DNA of 61,409 bases, from assembly GCF_004010195.1 (NCBI RefSeq), contig NC_057757.1, positions 109,800-171,208 of the forward strand. Direction: 5' to 3'. The number at the start of each line of letters is the position of its first letter. The stretch's first letter is position 1. The DNA comes from Chiloscyllium plagiosum (Eukaryota). The notes below the pieces were generated by a model. The model was not told where the DNA came from. It searched no databases and saw only the letters and a program-made list of their open reading frames with translations. Made by a program: the position numbers and the translations under genes. Of the stretch, positions 36,716 through 49,254 are shown piece by piece.

Positions 36716-38242
36716 AAGCTGAGCAAAAAGAAAGAGGCAGAGAAGTTGAACTTCAGAAGTTACAAATTCATCAGGGAAGTCAAGTTAACAGGATGAAGAT
36801 TAAGAGAGAAGGTAGTGATGGATACAAATATATTAAAACATTCCACATTTTGATGAGAAAGATGTCAAAGCCTTTTTTATTTCATTTGAAAAGTTGGCTT
36901 GGCAGATGGAGAGGTCAGAGGACTTGTGGGTAATGCTGGTTCAGACTAAGCTGGTAGGCAGAGCTAGTGAGGTATTTACTGCGCTGTCAGGTGAGGGGTC
37001 AAGAGATTATGCAGATGTCAACAGGCTCCTTACAGTGCCTATGAATTGGTAACAGAAGCGTATAGATAGCAGTTCAGAAACATAAAGAAGGAACCAGGTC
37101 AGACTTATGCTGAGTTTGAAAGAATTAAACATAGCAATTTTGATAGATGGGTGCAGGCTTTAAGAATAGACAAGACGTATGAGGCTTATGAAAATAAGAG
37201 AGATTATTCTGCTGGAGAAGTTTAAAAACTCACTTCCACAGGTGATAAGAATTCACGTGGATGAACAGAAAGTTCAAGAAGTGAGAAGAGTGGCAGAGAT
37301 GCCAGATGAATCTGCATCGGTGCATTAGGTGAAAGTTAGCTTCCGACAGGAATTTCATCCAGTGAGGGATAGAAATTGGGAGAAGGGGAGATCCTACCTG
37401 ACAAACCAAAGAGTAGACAACACTGGTAAGAGTTTACCACAGGTTAAAAAGAAGCCCAAGAGGGTGGACCAGAGGTGAAAGGCCTCAGGTGTTTCCACTA
37501 TGGTAAAATGGGACACATAAAGGCGCAAGGCTAGTCATTGAAGAAAGGCACTGTGGGAAAAGATGTGGTAAAAGAGGCTAAGCCAGTGGCATTAGTGAAA
37601 GTAGTAAAGGAGACCCCAAGAAAAATCGAGGAGCTGCAGGAGAGTGCACAGCCAAGGCAGGGACTGGGTATGGAGTTAGTGTCCAATCTCTATAAAGACT
37701 TCACCTCTGTGGATAACATTTACTCAGGACGAACAGGGGGAGAAAGGAAAGAGATTTTAAGAGATACAGGATCTAGTCAGTCTCTAACAGTAAGAGATGA
37801 AAGTATTTGCACTCTTTCTGACAATACCTGAGAGGGTGATAATTTGTGGAATAGATGAATAGAAGTTTAGTGATCCCTTGTTTAAGATCAAGTTGGACAG
37901 TCAAACCAAAACTGGGAAAGTAACAGTGGGAGTGATTGACCGAGTGTGTCATTTTCAGGAATACAGTTTGTTCTTGGGAACAATTTATCAGGATCCAAGA
38001 TGGGAGTGACACCCTGTGTTGTGGAGATGTCAAAGGAAGACCAGGGAACTGAGGAGTTAAAATACCCTGGAATGTTTCCAGACTGTGTAGTGACAAGATC
38101 CCACTGTCATAAATCACAGCAAGAAGGAAAAAAAACTAAAGAGAAAGATGAAGGAGTTGATGCTCAGTTAACGGATGCCCCTGTTTGCTGCAATGGTACA
38201 GGAAAAATCTGAACAGGCAGAGGGTCAGGCAGAAGGGTTTCC

Positions 38243-40517
38243 TCCTGAAAAACTGATGCAGATGAACTCTGGGCATGGTTAGGAGCATGGCACTGGGCTA
38301 TCACAGCAATTACAAAAACATGGCTCAGCAGTGGACAGGACTGGCAGCTTAATGTTCCAGGACACAAAGGCTACAGGAAGGTTAGAAAGGGAGGCAAGAG
38401 AGAACGGGGAGTGTCGTTTTTGATAAGGGATAGCATTACAGCTGTACTTAGGGAGGATATTCCGAAATACATTCAGGGACGTTATTTGGGTGGAAATGAG
38501 AAGTAAGAAAGGGATGATCCCCTTACTGGGATTGTATTGTAGGCCCCTAATAGTCAGAGGGAAATTGAGAAACAAATTTGGAAGGAGATCTCAGTTATCT
38601 GTAAGAATAATAGGGTGGTTATGGTAGGGGATTTTAATTTTCTAAACATAGATTGGGACTGCCATAGTGCTAAGGGTTTAGATGGAGAGGAATTTCTTAA
38701 GTATGTACAAAAAAAGTTTCTGATTCAGTATGTGGATGTACCTACTAGAGAAGGTGCAAAACTTGACTTACTCTCCGGGAATAAGGCAGGGCATGTGACT
38801 GAGGTGTCAGTGGGGGAGCACTTTGGGGCCAGCGACCATAATTCTGTTAGTTTTAAAATAGTGATGAAAAAGGATAGACCAGATCTAAAAGCTGAAGTTC
38901 TAAATTGGAGAAAGGCCAATTTTGATGGTTTTAGGCAACAACTTTCAAAAGCTGATTGGGGGCAGATGTTCGCAGGTAAAGGGACGGCTGGCAAATTGGA
39001 AGCCTTCAGAAATGAGATGACAAGAGTCCAAAAAATGTATATTCCTGTTCAGGTGAAAGGAAAGGCTGGTAGGTATAGGGAATGCTGGATGATTAAAGGA
39101 ATTGAGGGTTTGGTTAAGAAAAGGAAAGAAGCATATGTCAGGTATAGACAGGCTAGATCGAGTGAATCCTTAGAGTATAAAGACAATGGGAGTATACTTA
39201 AGAGGGAAATCAGGAGGGCAAAAAGGGGACATGAGATAGCTTTGGCAAATAGATTTAAGGAGAATCCAAAGGGTTTTTACAAATACATTAAGGATAAAGG
39301 GTAGCTAGGGAGAGAATAGAGCCCCTCAAAGATCAGCAAGGCGGCCTTTGTGTGGAGCCGCAGAAAATAGGAGAGATATTAAACGAGTACTTTGCATCAG
39401 TATTTACTGTGGAAAAGGATAAGAAAGATTAACAATGTATGGAAATAGATGGTGACATCTTGAAAAATGTCCAGATTACAGAGGAGGATATGCTGGATGT
39501 CTTGAAATGCATAAAAGTGGATACATCCCCAGGACCTGATCAGGTGTACCCTAGAACTCTGTGGGAAGCTAGAGAAGTGATTGCTGTGCCTCTTGCTGAG
39601 ATATCCGAATCATCGATAGTTACAGGTGAGGTGCCGGAAGACTGGAGGTTGGCTAACATGGTGCCACTGTTTAAGAAAGCTGATATGGTCAAGGCAGGGA
39701 ACTATAGACCGGTGAGCCTGACGTCAGTGGTGGGCAAGTTGTTGGAGGGAATCCTGAGGAACAGGATGTATATGTATTTGGAAAGGCAAGGACTGATTAA
39801 GGATAGTCAACATGGCTTTGTGCATGGGAAATCATGTCTCACAAACTTGTTTGAGTTTTTTGAAGTAACAAAGAGGATTGATGAGGGCAGAGTGGTAGAC
39901 ATGATCTATATGGACTTCAGTAAGACGTTCGACAAAGTTCCTCATGGGAGACTGATTAGCAAGGTTAGATCTTATGGAATACAGAGAGAACTAGCCATTT
40001 GGATACAGAACTGGCTCAAAGGTAGAAGACAGAGGGTGATGGTGGAGGGTTGTTTTTCAGACTGGAGGCCTGTGACCATTGGAATGCCACAAGGATCAGT
40101 GCAGGGTCCACTACTTTTCATCATTTATATAAATGATTTGGATGTGAACATAGCAGGTATAGTTAGTAAGTTTGCAAAGACACCAAAATTGGAGGTGTAG
40201 TGGACAAAGAGGGTTACATCAGATTACAACAGGATCTGGACCAGGTGGGCCAATGGGCTGAGAAGTGGCAGATGGAGTTTAATTTAGATAAATGTGAGGT
40301 GCTGCATTTTGGGAAAGCAAACTTAGCAGGACGTGTACACTTAATGATATGGTCTGAGGGAGTGTTGCTGAACAGAGACCTTGGACTGCAGGTTCTTAGC
40401 TCCTTGAAAGTGGAGTCACAGGTAGATAGGATAGTGAAGAAAGCGTTTGGTATGCTTTCCTTTATTGGTCAGAGTATTGAGTACAGGAGTTGGGAGGTCA
40501 TGTTGCGGCTGTACAGG
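38243..40517 (+). mobile_element. CR1 ORF2 (APE-RT) nested in Gypsy pol; 3' end lost in an N gap
   Basis: ORFs 38615..39304 and 39439..40200 (NYRPVSLTS, YMDFSKTFD, GMPQGS). Confidence 0.93.
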
Positions 40518-40824
40518 NNNNNNNNNNNNNNNNNNNNNNNNNNNNNNNNNNNNNNNNNNNNNNNNNNNNNNNNNNNNNNNNNNNNNNNNNNNNNNNNNNN
40601 NNNNNNNNNNNNNNNNNNNNNNNNNNNNNNNNNNNNNNNNNNNNNNNNNNNNNNNNNNNNNNNNNNNNNNNNNNNNNNNNNNNNNNNNNNNNNNNNNNNN
40701 NNNNNNNNNNNNNNNNNNNNNNNNNNNNNNNNNNNNNNNNNNNNNNNNNNNNNNNNNNNNNNNNNNNNNNNNNNNNNNNNNNNNNNNNNNNNNNNNNNNN
40801 NNNNNNNNNNNNNNNNNNNNNNNN

Positions 40825-40955
40825 GCAGCAGGTCGGGCAGCATCCAGGGAACAGGAGAATCGACGTTTCGGGCAGAAGCCCTTCTTCAGGAAACGTCGAT
40901 TCTCCTGTTCCCTGGATGCTGCCTGACCTGCTGCGCTTTTCCAGCAACACATTTC
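40825..40955. mobile_element. Inverted pair of PLE pLTR ends
   Basis: GCAGCAGGTCGGGCAGCATCCAGGGAACAGGAGAATCGACGTTTC is mirrored by GAAACGTCGATTCTCCTGTTCCCTGGATGCTGCCTGACCTGCTGC. Confidence 0.85.
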
Positions 40956-41823
40956 CATCTCTATGACTATGACTATGACTTACAACAAGAATGAGACAAT
41001 AAAAGCTGTTATATAGATGCATACTCAGAAAAGAAATCAAAATGTATCCCTGAGGGTTATTATCTGAAGGATAGAATCCTAAGATGAAAATGGAGACCCC
41101 AGCAGATTAGAGCAGGGGGGAAATGGGCAGAAATGCACCAGATTGTGTTGCATACAGACGGAAAGTATTTTGGGCAGGACATGAATTGCCAGTAGGTGAA
41201 TTAGCTAAACAATACCTGAAGAGGGCACAGCATAGAATGAAGCAGGTGGCAGATAAAAACTCTAAAATTCGGATGTTTTCCCATGGGGATGACGTATTAG
41301 TATTGTTACCAATGGTAGGAGGTCCCTTCAAAGCCAGGTATAGTGGTCCCTATCAAATTGAGAAAACGTTGAGTGAGGTAAACTATCTGGTAAAGATGCC
41401 GGATAGAAAAATAACTGTACTGGGTATGTCATGTGAATATGTTGTCATATAGGTGTCAGTCACTGCCTCGCAGAGTGAGGAATCAAATCCACATGATGTG
41501 GATTTTGATGTGCCGCAGGGATAGGACAGGATAGCGAACCAGCTGTCTCAGGAGCAAATAATCAAGTTAAAACCTTTGTTGCAACAATATAAGGATGAAT
41601 GGGGAGGACTAATGCTGTTGTGCATGAGGTGGAAGTAGGGAATGCTGTTCCAATAAAAACACCTCTGCAGGCATAACCCTCTCAAAGCCCCACAGATCCA
41701 GAAGTAGGTGAATGCAATGCAAGACATCATAAAACCAAGTCAGAGTGAGTAGAGTTCGCCGATCGTGTCAGTTCCCAAACCTGATGAGATCCAATGATTT
41801 TATGTAGACTATTGGAAGGTCAA

Positions 41824-41955
41824 GGAAGAGAAAGTGAGGACTGCAGATGCTGGAGATCAGAGCTGAAAATGTGTTGCTGGAAAAGCGCAGCAGGTCAGGC
41901 AGCATCCAAGGAACAGGAGAATTGACGTTTCGGGCATAAGCCCTTCTTCAGGAAT
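41824..41955 (-). mobile_element. Mini PLE-derived insert inside Gypsy RT
   Basis: Core CTGAAGA-AGGGCTTATGCCC-GAAACGTC. Flank TGGAAGGTCAA occurs once on the left and twice on the right. Confidence 0.88.
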
Positions 41956-43171
41956 GTCAACACTGGAAGGTCAACATTGGAAGGTCAACACTGTAACTGA
42001 TTCAGACTCCTATCCAATACCAAGGTTGGAGGACTGTATAGAGAAGATTAAACAAGCCAGTTACATCACAAAGTTGGACTTACTGTTTGGTTTTTGACAG
42101 GTACCTTTATCAGAGAAAGTGAAAGAAGTTCCTGCATTTGTAAGCCCAAATGGACTATATCAATTCAAAGGGATGTCCTTTGGAATGAAGAACACACCAG
42201 CCACATTCCAAAGCCTCATGAACAGAGTTGTTGCCAGATTACAAATCTGTACTGTATATCTTGACAACGTAGTGATCTTTAACCATTCATGGAAAGATCA
42301 CATGGTACAGTTGGCAGAGCTCTTTGAACGATTATGAGAAGCAAAACTGATAATAAACTTAAAGAAAACAGAATTTGCAAAGGCAGAGATAACATTTTTG
42401 GGACACAACATCGGACATGGAATTTCCACGGCCATCCTTGAAGAAAGAGGTGCTTCGATTTTTGGGACTGAGCGGATTTTACCAGAAGTTTGTTTCAAAC
42501 TTCAGCAGCGTGGTGCCACCGCTGAAAGATTTACTGAAGAAGAACACAAAATTTCAGTGGACAAAACAATGCCAGGAGGCATTTGATAACTTAAAAACCA
42601 TATCAACAACATCAGCAGTTTTATCTACACCAAATATTTTGAAACCCTTCAAAGTTGCAGTTGATGCTAATGATATATGAGTTGGAGTTGGACTGATGCA
42701 GGAAGATTAAGGATGGAATTGAATGACCAATTGGCTACTTTTCGAGAAACCTCAATAGCTACCAGAGAAAATAATCCACTATTGAAAAAGAGTTATTGAG
42801 TTTGGTTCTGGCCTTACAATATTTTAATGTTTATGTGATGAACAAAGTGTCAGAGACAGTTATGTACAAGGACTACAATCCTCTTACATTTTTGGAGAGA
42901 TTTAAAAACAAAAATATGAGACTATGGAGTCTTACGTTACAGACTTTTAATTTACAAATTATTTATGATGCTGGTCATAAAAATATGATAGCAGATGGGT
43001 TATCACAGACTTAAAAAAGGTATAGATAAGATTGGACCCTATCTATTCCAATGTTACCCATGTGTGCAGAATTAATATGAAAAGTATAACTTAGATTAAT
43101 AACATATACATTTCATAGTAGGTATTAAGAATTAGAGAAAAAAGGCATCTTTTCATTATGAGGTTTTTTTT

Positions 43172-43182
43172 AAGAGGGGAGG
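43172..43182 (+). promoter_or_regulatory. Polypurine tract
   Basis: AAGAGGGGAGG immediately before the 3' LTR TGTTATG. Confidence 0.85.
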
Positions 43183-43870
43183 TGTTATGAAGTTGAAGGC
43201 ATGTACATTCACTTTAAAACTGAAAGTGTTTTCTGAATTTTGAAGTAAACTTCAAGTGCAGGCTCAGCTGCCCAAATGGAAAGGCTGGGAGATGGGCTGT
43301 TCCAAAATTGATACACGTAACAATTGGCTGATAAATGCATACCTGAGGTTTGGTTGCTGTTTTGACAACAATTCAATTTTAATCAATTAGCTTAAATTAT
43401 TCTGAGGATACTAAAACCCAATCAACTTTGAATTTATTGTTTTTACAACATTGGACCAATGAGATGGTACGATCTTGGGGGGGGGTATAAAAAAGAACAG
43501 GGGCATTTTGAAAATTGGTCAGAGAGGAACTGCCATTGATCAGCCGAGCAAATGCCGTAGAGCCAGAGAGCTGCCTGCCCATCTAACATCTTGCTCTCTA
43601 TCAAAGGGATCTTTTCATGTAAAACAGACTCACAGTAAAAAGAGAGAAGATGACCCAGGGAGATCAGCAGAAGGAAGACTAAAGACTACAGAAAAGACAG
43701 AGACTACGTGGTCTTGAAATTAATTTAATGTAATGTTTAATAAGCGTGTTTTTGAAACAGCATTTTCTATGCAATTTAGGTCAGATAGTAAGTCGTTAAG
43801 AAAAATAGGGCTTAGATTTTGTGAATATGTTTTATTTAGTATTCACTATTAGAGTTTGGAAAATAAATTG

Positions 43871-44490
43871 TAAAGGATTATTAAGAAGGCGTGTGGTGTG
43901 TTGTCTTTCATTAGCGGGGGATTGAGTTTAAGAGCCACAAAGTTATGGTGCAGCCCTGGTTAGACCACACTTAGAATATTGTGTTCAGTTCTGGTCACCT
44001 CATTATAGGAAGGATGTGGAAGCTTTAGAGAGGGTGTAGAGGAGATTTCCCAGGATGCTGCCTGTACTGAAGGGCATGTTTTATGAAGAAAGTTTGAGGG
44101 AGCTAGAGCTTTTCTCATTGGAGGAAAGAAGGTGAGAGGTGATTTGATAGAGGTGTACCAGAAGATGAGAGGCATAGATAGAGGGGATAGCCAGAGACAT
44201 TTTCCCAGGGCGGAAATCACTATCACGAGGGGGCATAATTTAAGGTGATTGGAGGAAGGTTTAGGGGAGATGTCAGAGGTAGGTGCTTTACACAGAGAGT
44301 GGTGGGTACGTGGAATGCACTGCCAGCAGTGGTCATAGAGTTGGATATATTAGGGGCATTTCAGTGACTCTTGAATAGGCCAATGGCAGATAGTACAATG
44401 AAGGGTTTGTAGATTAGTTTGATCTTAGAGTAGAATAAAAAGTTGGCACAACTGTACTGTGCTGGACTGTTTTATGTTGTGTGTTCTATG
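43871..44490 (+). mobile_element. CR1 3' fragment inside the Gypsy 3' LTR
   Basis: [15 protein letters not shown] motif. The LTR sequence resumes at TGTTATTTTTCTTTAA. Confidence 0.88.
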
Positions 44491-45129
44491 TTATTTTTCT
44501 TTAATTAGTGGAAATGAGGAGTTCTCTGTCACTCACTTTTTAACAGATTACGAGGCGAGGCAAACTTTTCTGGGTGTTTGGTTTTAATTAACAGAAGGGT
44601 TCAACCTCCACGTCATAACATTATCATGTTGTCTCTCCCCTCCCCTCCATCCCAGTGGGACTACCTATCCTTTCAGGTCTGACAGGAGACACACCATTGT
44701 TCTGCCATTCTCACATTCCGATCACTTAGTCTGAACTATCAACATTTTTTCCACCAGCACCCTACACTCACTACCCCCACATTGCTCCCCCCCAAATATA
44801 GCATAAATGCTGTCCCTCCCACACTTTACTTCAGCTATGACAAAGAGGCATCCAGACTCGAAACATTAGCTTAAGCTCTCTCTCCATGGATGCTGTCTGA
44901 CCCACTGTGATCTCCAGCATTTGTTGTTTTCAGGTCATACAGATCATATAGTGTTTAGATAGAGCGACACATACAAGGTTACACTGCACAGGAGGTGCAC
45001 AAAAAAGCAACATTACTCAACATTAGAGAGGTCCATTCAGCAGTCTAATAACAGCAGAGAAGTTGTTCTTGAATCTCTGGGTGCATGTGTTTAAGCTTCT
45101 GTCAGAAGGGTTCGGAAGAGAACCTTTGG

Positions 45130-48100
45130 GGGCTTTACAAAGGATGAAATAACAGGACTCTTGCTAAATATGAACAGAATTAAAAATAGTAAACTTGGAT
45201 TTATGAAAGGGAAATCATCCTCCACAAATCTGCTGGAGATTTTATGATGATATAACTCGCAGAATAAATCAGGGACACCCAGAGGATATAGTGTATTTAC
45301 ATTTTCGCAAAGCTTTTCATAAAATCTCCCATAAAAGGTTTGTGTGCAATATTTAAGAATATGGGACTGAGGGTATTATACTGGTATGGATTGAGAATTG
45401 GTTAGCAGATAGAAAACAGAGGGTAGGAAAAAATAGATTTTCTTCAGAATGGAATGCAGTGATGCATAGGGAACCATAGGGAACAGTATTTCAGCCCTAG
45501 GTATTCACAGTGATTTGAATGAGGAAATCAAATGGGATACTCTTCTACCTTTGCAGATGCACAAAATTAAGTCTTGAGTGGTGAAGAAAATTTAAAGAGG
45601 CTCCAAGGCGATTGAAACAAGTCGAGCATATAAGAGTACACAACAGGTGCAACATAACATGTGGCATGGTGGCACAGTGGTTAGCACTGCTGCCTCACAG
45701 TGCCAGAGACCTGGGTTCAATTCCCACCTCGGGCAACTGTCTGTGTGGAGTTTGCACATTCTCCCCATGTTCCTCCGGTTTCCTCCCACAGTCCAAAGAT
45801 GTGCTGGTTAGGTGAATTGGCCACACTAAAATTGCCCGTAGTGTTAGGTGAAGGGGTAAATGCAGGGGAATGGGTCTGGATGGGTTGGTCTTCGGCGGGT
45901 CGGTGTGGACTCGTTGGGACCAAAGGGCCTGTTTCCACACTGTAAGTAATCTAATCAAAATCAGTTCCCTTTAGGGGAAATACATCTGAAACACATTGAC
46001 TGTGTAAATCAGCCAGTTTCAAGATCAGTCCTCAATTAAAAAAAAGGGAAACCAATGAACAAACCGGTTATACAATTCAGACAGCTTAAGAATCAGGTTT
46101 CCCCCTAAAAATACAGAAACCAATAGCAGCAGTACACACTGGATGTGGTCAGCCAGCTCAGAGCCAGTCCCCTGACACAAACAGACAGTCTTTCACTGAT
46201 CCAGCTCCCAGAATGAACAGGGTGCCTGACAGTCCTGTTTATTTTCTTACACTGAAAGACTGGAGCGACTGGGCTTGTATACCCTTGAGTTTAGAAGACT
46301 GAGAGGGGATCTGATTGAGACATATAAGATTATTAAAGGATTGGACATTCTGCTGATGGGTGAGTGCCGAACCAGAGGACACAGCTTAAAAATACGGGGT
46401 AGACCATTTAGGACAGAGATGAGGAGAAACGTCTTCACCCAGAGAGTGGTGACTGTGTAGAATGCTCTGCCCCAGAGGGCAGTGGAGGCCCAGTCTCTGG
46501 ATTCATTTAAGAAAGAGTTGGATAGAGCTCTCAAAGATTGTGGAATCAAGGGTTATGCAGGAACAGGATACTGATTAAGGATGATCCGCCATGATCATAT
46601 TGAATGGTGGTGCAGGCTCGAAGGGCAGAATGGCCTACTCCTGCACCTATTGTCTATTGTCTATAATGTGTACAAGTATGAAGTTATCCATTTTGTGAGA
46701 TAAAAAACAGAACAGCAGACTTTGAATTGATGATGATAAATTGGGAAAATGTTGATGTACAAAGGGGTCAGGTGTCCTTGTATGCCAGTCACTAAAAACA
46801 AAGATGTAGGCAGGTGCAGCAAGCAGTTAGAAAAGTAAATGATATGTTGGCTTTCATTGCAAGTGGGTTTGAAGATAGGAGCAAGGAAATCTTCATGCAG
46901 CAATCCGGGGCCTTGGTGAGAACACACCTTGAGTATTGTGTGCAGTTTTGGTCTCCTTACCAAAGGAAAGATATTCTTTCCAGAGTGGGAGTGCAGTGTC
47001 ATAGAGTCATAGAGATGTATAGCACGGAAACAGACTATTTGGTCCAACCCGTCCATGCCAACCAGATATCCCAACCCAACCTAGTCCCACCTGCCAGCAC
47101 CTGGCCCCTATCTCTCCAAACCCTTCCTATTCATATACCTATCCAAATGCCTCTTAAATGTTGCAATTGTACCAGCCTCCACCACGTACCACCCTCTGCG
47201 TGAAAAGGTTGCCCCTTAGGTCTCTTTTATATCTTTCCCCTCTCACCCTAAACCTATGCCCTCTACTTCTGGACTCCCCCATCCCAGGGAAAATAGCCCC
47301 AGCCTGTTCAGCCTCTCCCTGTAGCTCAAATCCTCCAACCCTGGCAATGTCCTTGTAAATCGTTTTTGAACCCTTTCAAGTTTCACAACATCTTTCCAAT
47401 AGGAAGGAGACCAGAATTGCACGCAATATTCCAACAGTGGCCTCACCAATGTCCTGTACAGCCGCAACATGACCTCCCAACTCCTGTACTCAATACTCTG
47501 ACCAATAAAGGAAAGCATACCAAACACCTTCTTCGCTATCCTATCTACNNNNNNNNNNNNNNNNNNNNNNNNNNNNNNNNNNNNNNNNNNNNNNNNNNNN
47601 NNNNNNNNNNNNNNNNNNNNNNNNNNNNNNNNNNNNNNNNNNNNNNNNNNNNNNNNNNNNNNNNNNNNNNNNNNNNNNNNNNNNNNNNNNNNNNNNNNNN
47701 NNNNNNNNNNNNNNNNAAACTTCCAGCTCAGCACTGTCCCCATGACTTGTCCGGACTTGTCCTACCTGCCTATCTCCTTTTCCACCTATCCACTCCACCC
47801 TCTCCTCCCTGACCTATCACCTTCATCCCCTCCCCCACTCACCCATTGTACTCTATGCTATTTTCTCCCCACCTCCACCCTCCTCTCGCTTATCTCTCCA
47901 CGCTTCAGGCTCACTGCCTTTATTCCTGATGAAGGGCTTTTGCCCGAAACGTCGATTTTGAAGATCCTTGGATGCTGCCTGAACTGCTGTGCTCTTCCAG
48001 CACCACTGATCCAGAATCTGGTTTCCAGCATCTGCAGTCATTGTTTTTAGCTTGCAAACTTACTAACTATACCTCTTATGCTCGCATCCAAATCATTTAT

Positions 48101-48410
48101 GTAAATGACAAATAGTAGAGGGCCCAGCACTGATCCTTGTGGCACTCCACTGGTCACAGGCCTCCAGTCTGAAAAACAACCCTCCACCACCACCCTCTGT
48201 CTTCTACCTTTGAGCCAGTTCAGTGGGCTGGTACATTTGGCATTTCAGGAGCGATTGGGTCGACTGGGCCTGTATTCACTGGAGGTTAGAAGAATAAAAG
48301 GGCACTCTCACTGAAAATGTCGGAACGTTTGACAGGGTTGGCTGGCTGGATGCAAGAATGATGTTACCCCCAGCTGGAGTTCTAAAACAAGAGATCATGG
48401 TCTCAGGATA
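45130..48410. mobile_element. Cluster of CR1 fragments in both orientations, with an HE1 SINE (45661-45957) and a PLE 3' end (47718-48050)
   Basis: ORFs 46275..46460, 46814..47203 and 47243..47743. HE1 head GGCATGGTGGCACAGTGG. CTGATGAAGGGCTTTTGCCCGAAACGTC at 47926. Confidence 0.85.
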
Positions 48411-48989
48411 TGGTCTGGTGAGACAATGCTGCCCCTTTAACAAGGTTATTTTGTCCTTGGGTTCTTTTTTTAAGGGAGGTTGTAAAGGCAGGGTTGCCAA
48501 AATGTCTGGGTGTGAGCCTGATTTAACAATGGCAGGGGAGTGGTCAGCTCTCCCAGGTGAGGCTTTTTCCTGCTTGGGTTAGCTGTAACAGTGAGAAGCT
48601 GCTTGCAGTGCACAAAGGTTCCAAGCTTCAGCAGACAATTCCTGACTGGCCTTCTCTCTGAAATTTCTCCGGGCTGTAAGAACCTGAGTTTGAATTTACC
48701 TTTTGCCAAGGGATGGGACTATGGGATGTTACGGGAATTGGAACAGCTCCTTAGTTAAGTTACTAAATCGAATCGGTTGGGTTTTCAAATTGTCAAGTAT
48801 TCTAAATTCTGTTTTGCTTGTGTTTCAACTGTAGTGTTTAAATAAATTCTGTTTGCTTAAAGCCAAGTGGTTTGACCTGCTGCATCACTCCTGGAATATC
48901 CACTTCACACCTGTCTTTAAGAAGGAAAACATTAGGGTGTATGCTTTCTTCTGGAAATATCTTGAGGTGGTCTGGCCTGGTCCATAACA
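48409..48989 (+). mobile_element. Probable solo LTR (second family) inserted in a CR1
   Basis: Ends CTGGTCCATAACA and begins with a truncated mirror, TATGGTCTGG. AATAAA at 48841. CR1 sequence continues on both sides. Confidence 0.6.
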
Positions 48990-49254
48990 CCCACCCTTTA
49001 GGAATGAGATGAGGATAAGTTTCTTCACTCAGATATGGTGATCCTGTGGAATCCTCTACCACAGAAAGCTGTGGAAACCAAAACACTGAATATATTTAAG
49101 AATGAAGCAGACAGGTTCTTAGGATGCAAAGGCATCAAGGTTTATGGGGAGAGAGCAGGAGTATGGCTTTGAGATAGAGGATCATCTATGAATGACAAAG
49201 CAGTCTCAATGGGCAAAATGGTCTACTCCTGCTTCTATTTCCGATATTCCATGA

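Larger units (their letters stand above)
30878..44620 (+). mobile_element. Gmr1-like Ty3/Gypsy LTR retrotransposon, degenerate, with nested insertions
   Basis: 5' LTR 30878-31649; 3' LTR 43183-44620 (CR1 inside); TTAT on both flanks. Gag from about 31843 and 36716-37530 with a SCAN-like region and decayed zinc knuckle. Protease LRDTGSSQS about 37757. Integrase ends 41040-41450 (YSGPY). RT about 41600-42400. RNase H (VDAND...ADGLS) 42650-43014. Confidence 0.92.
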
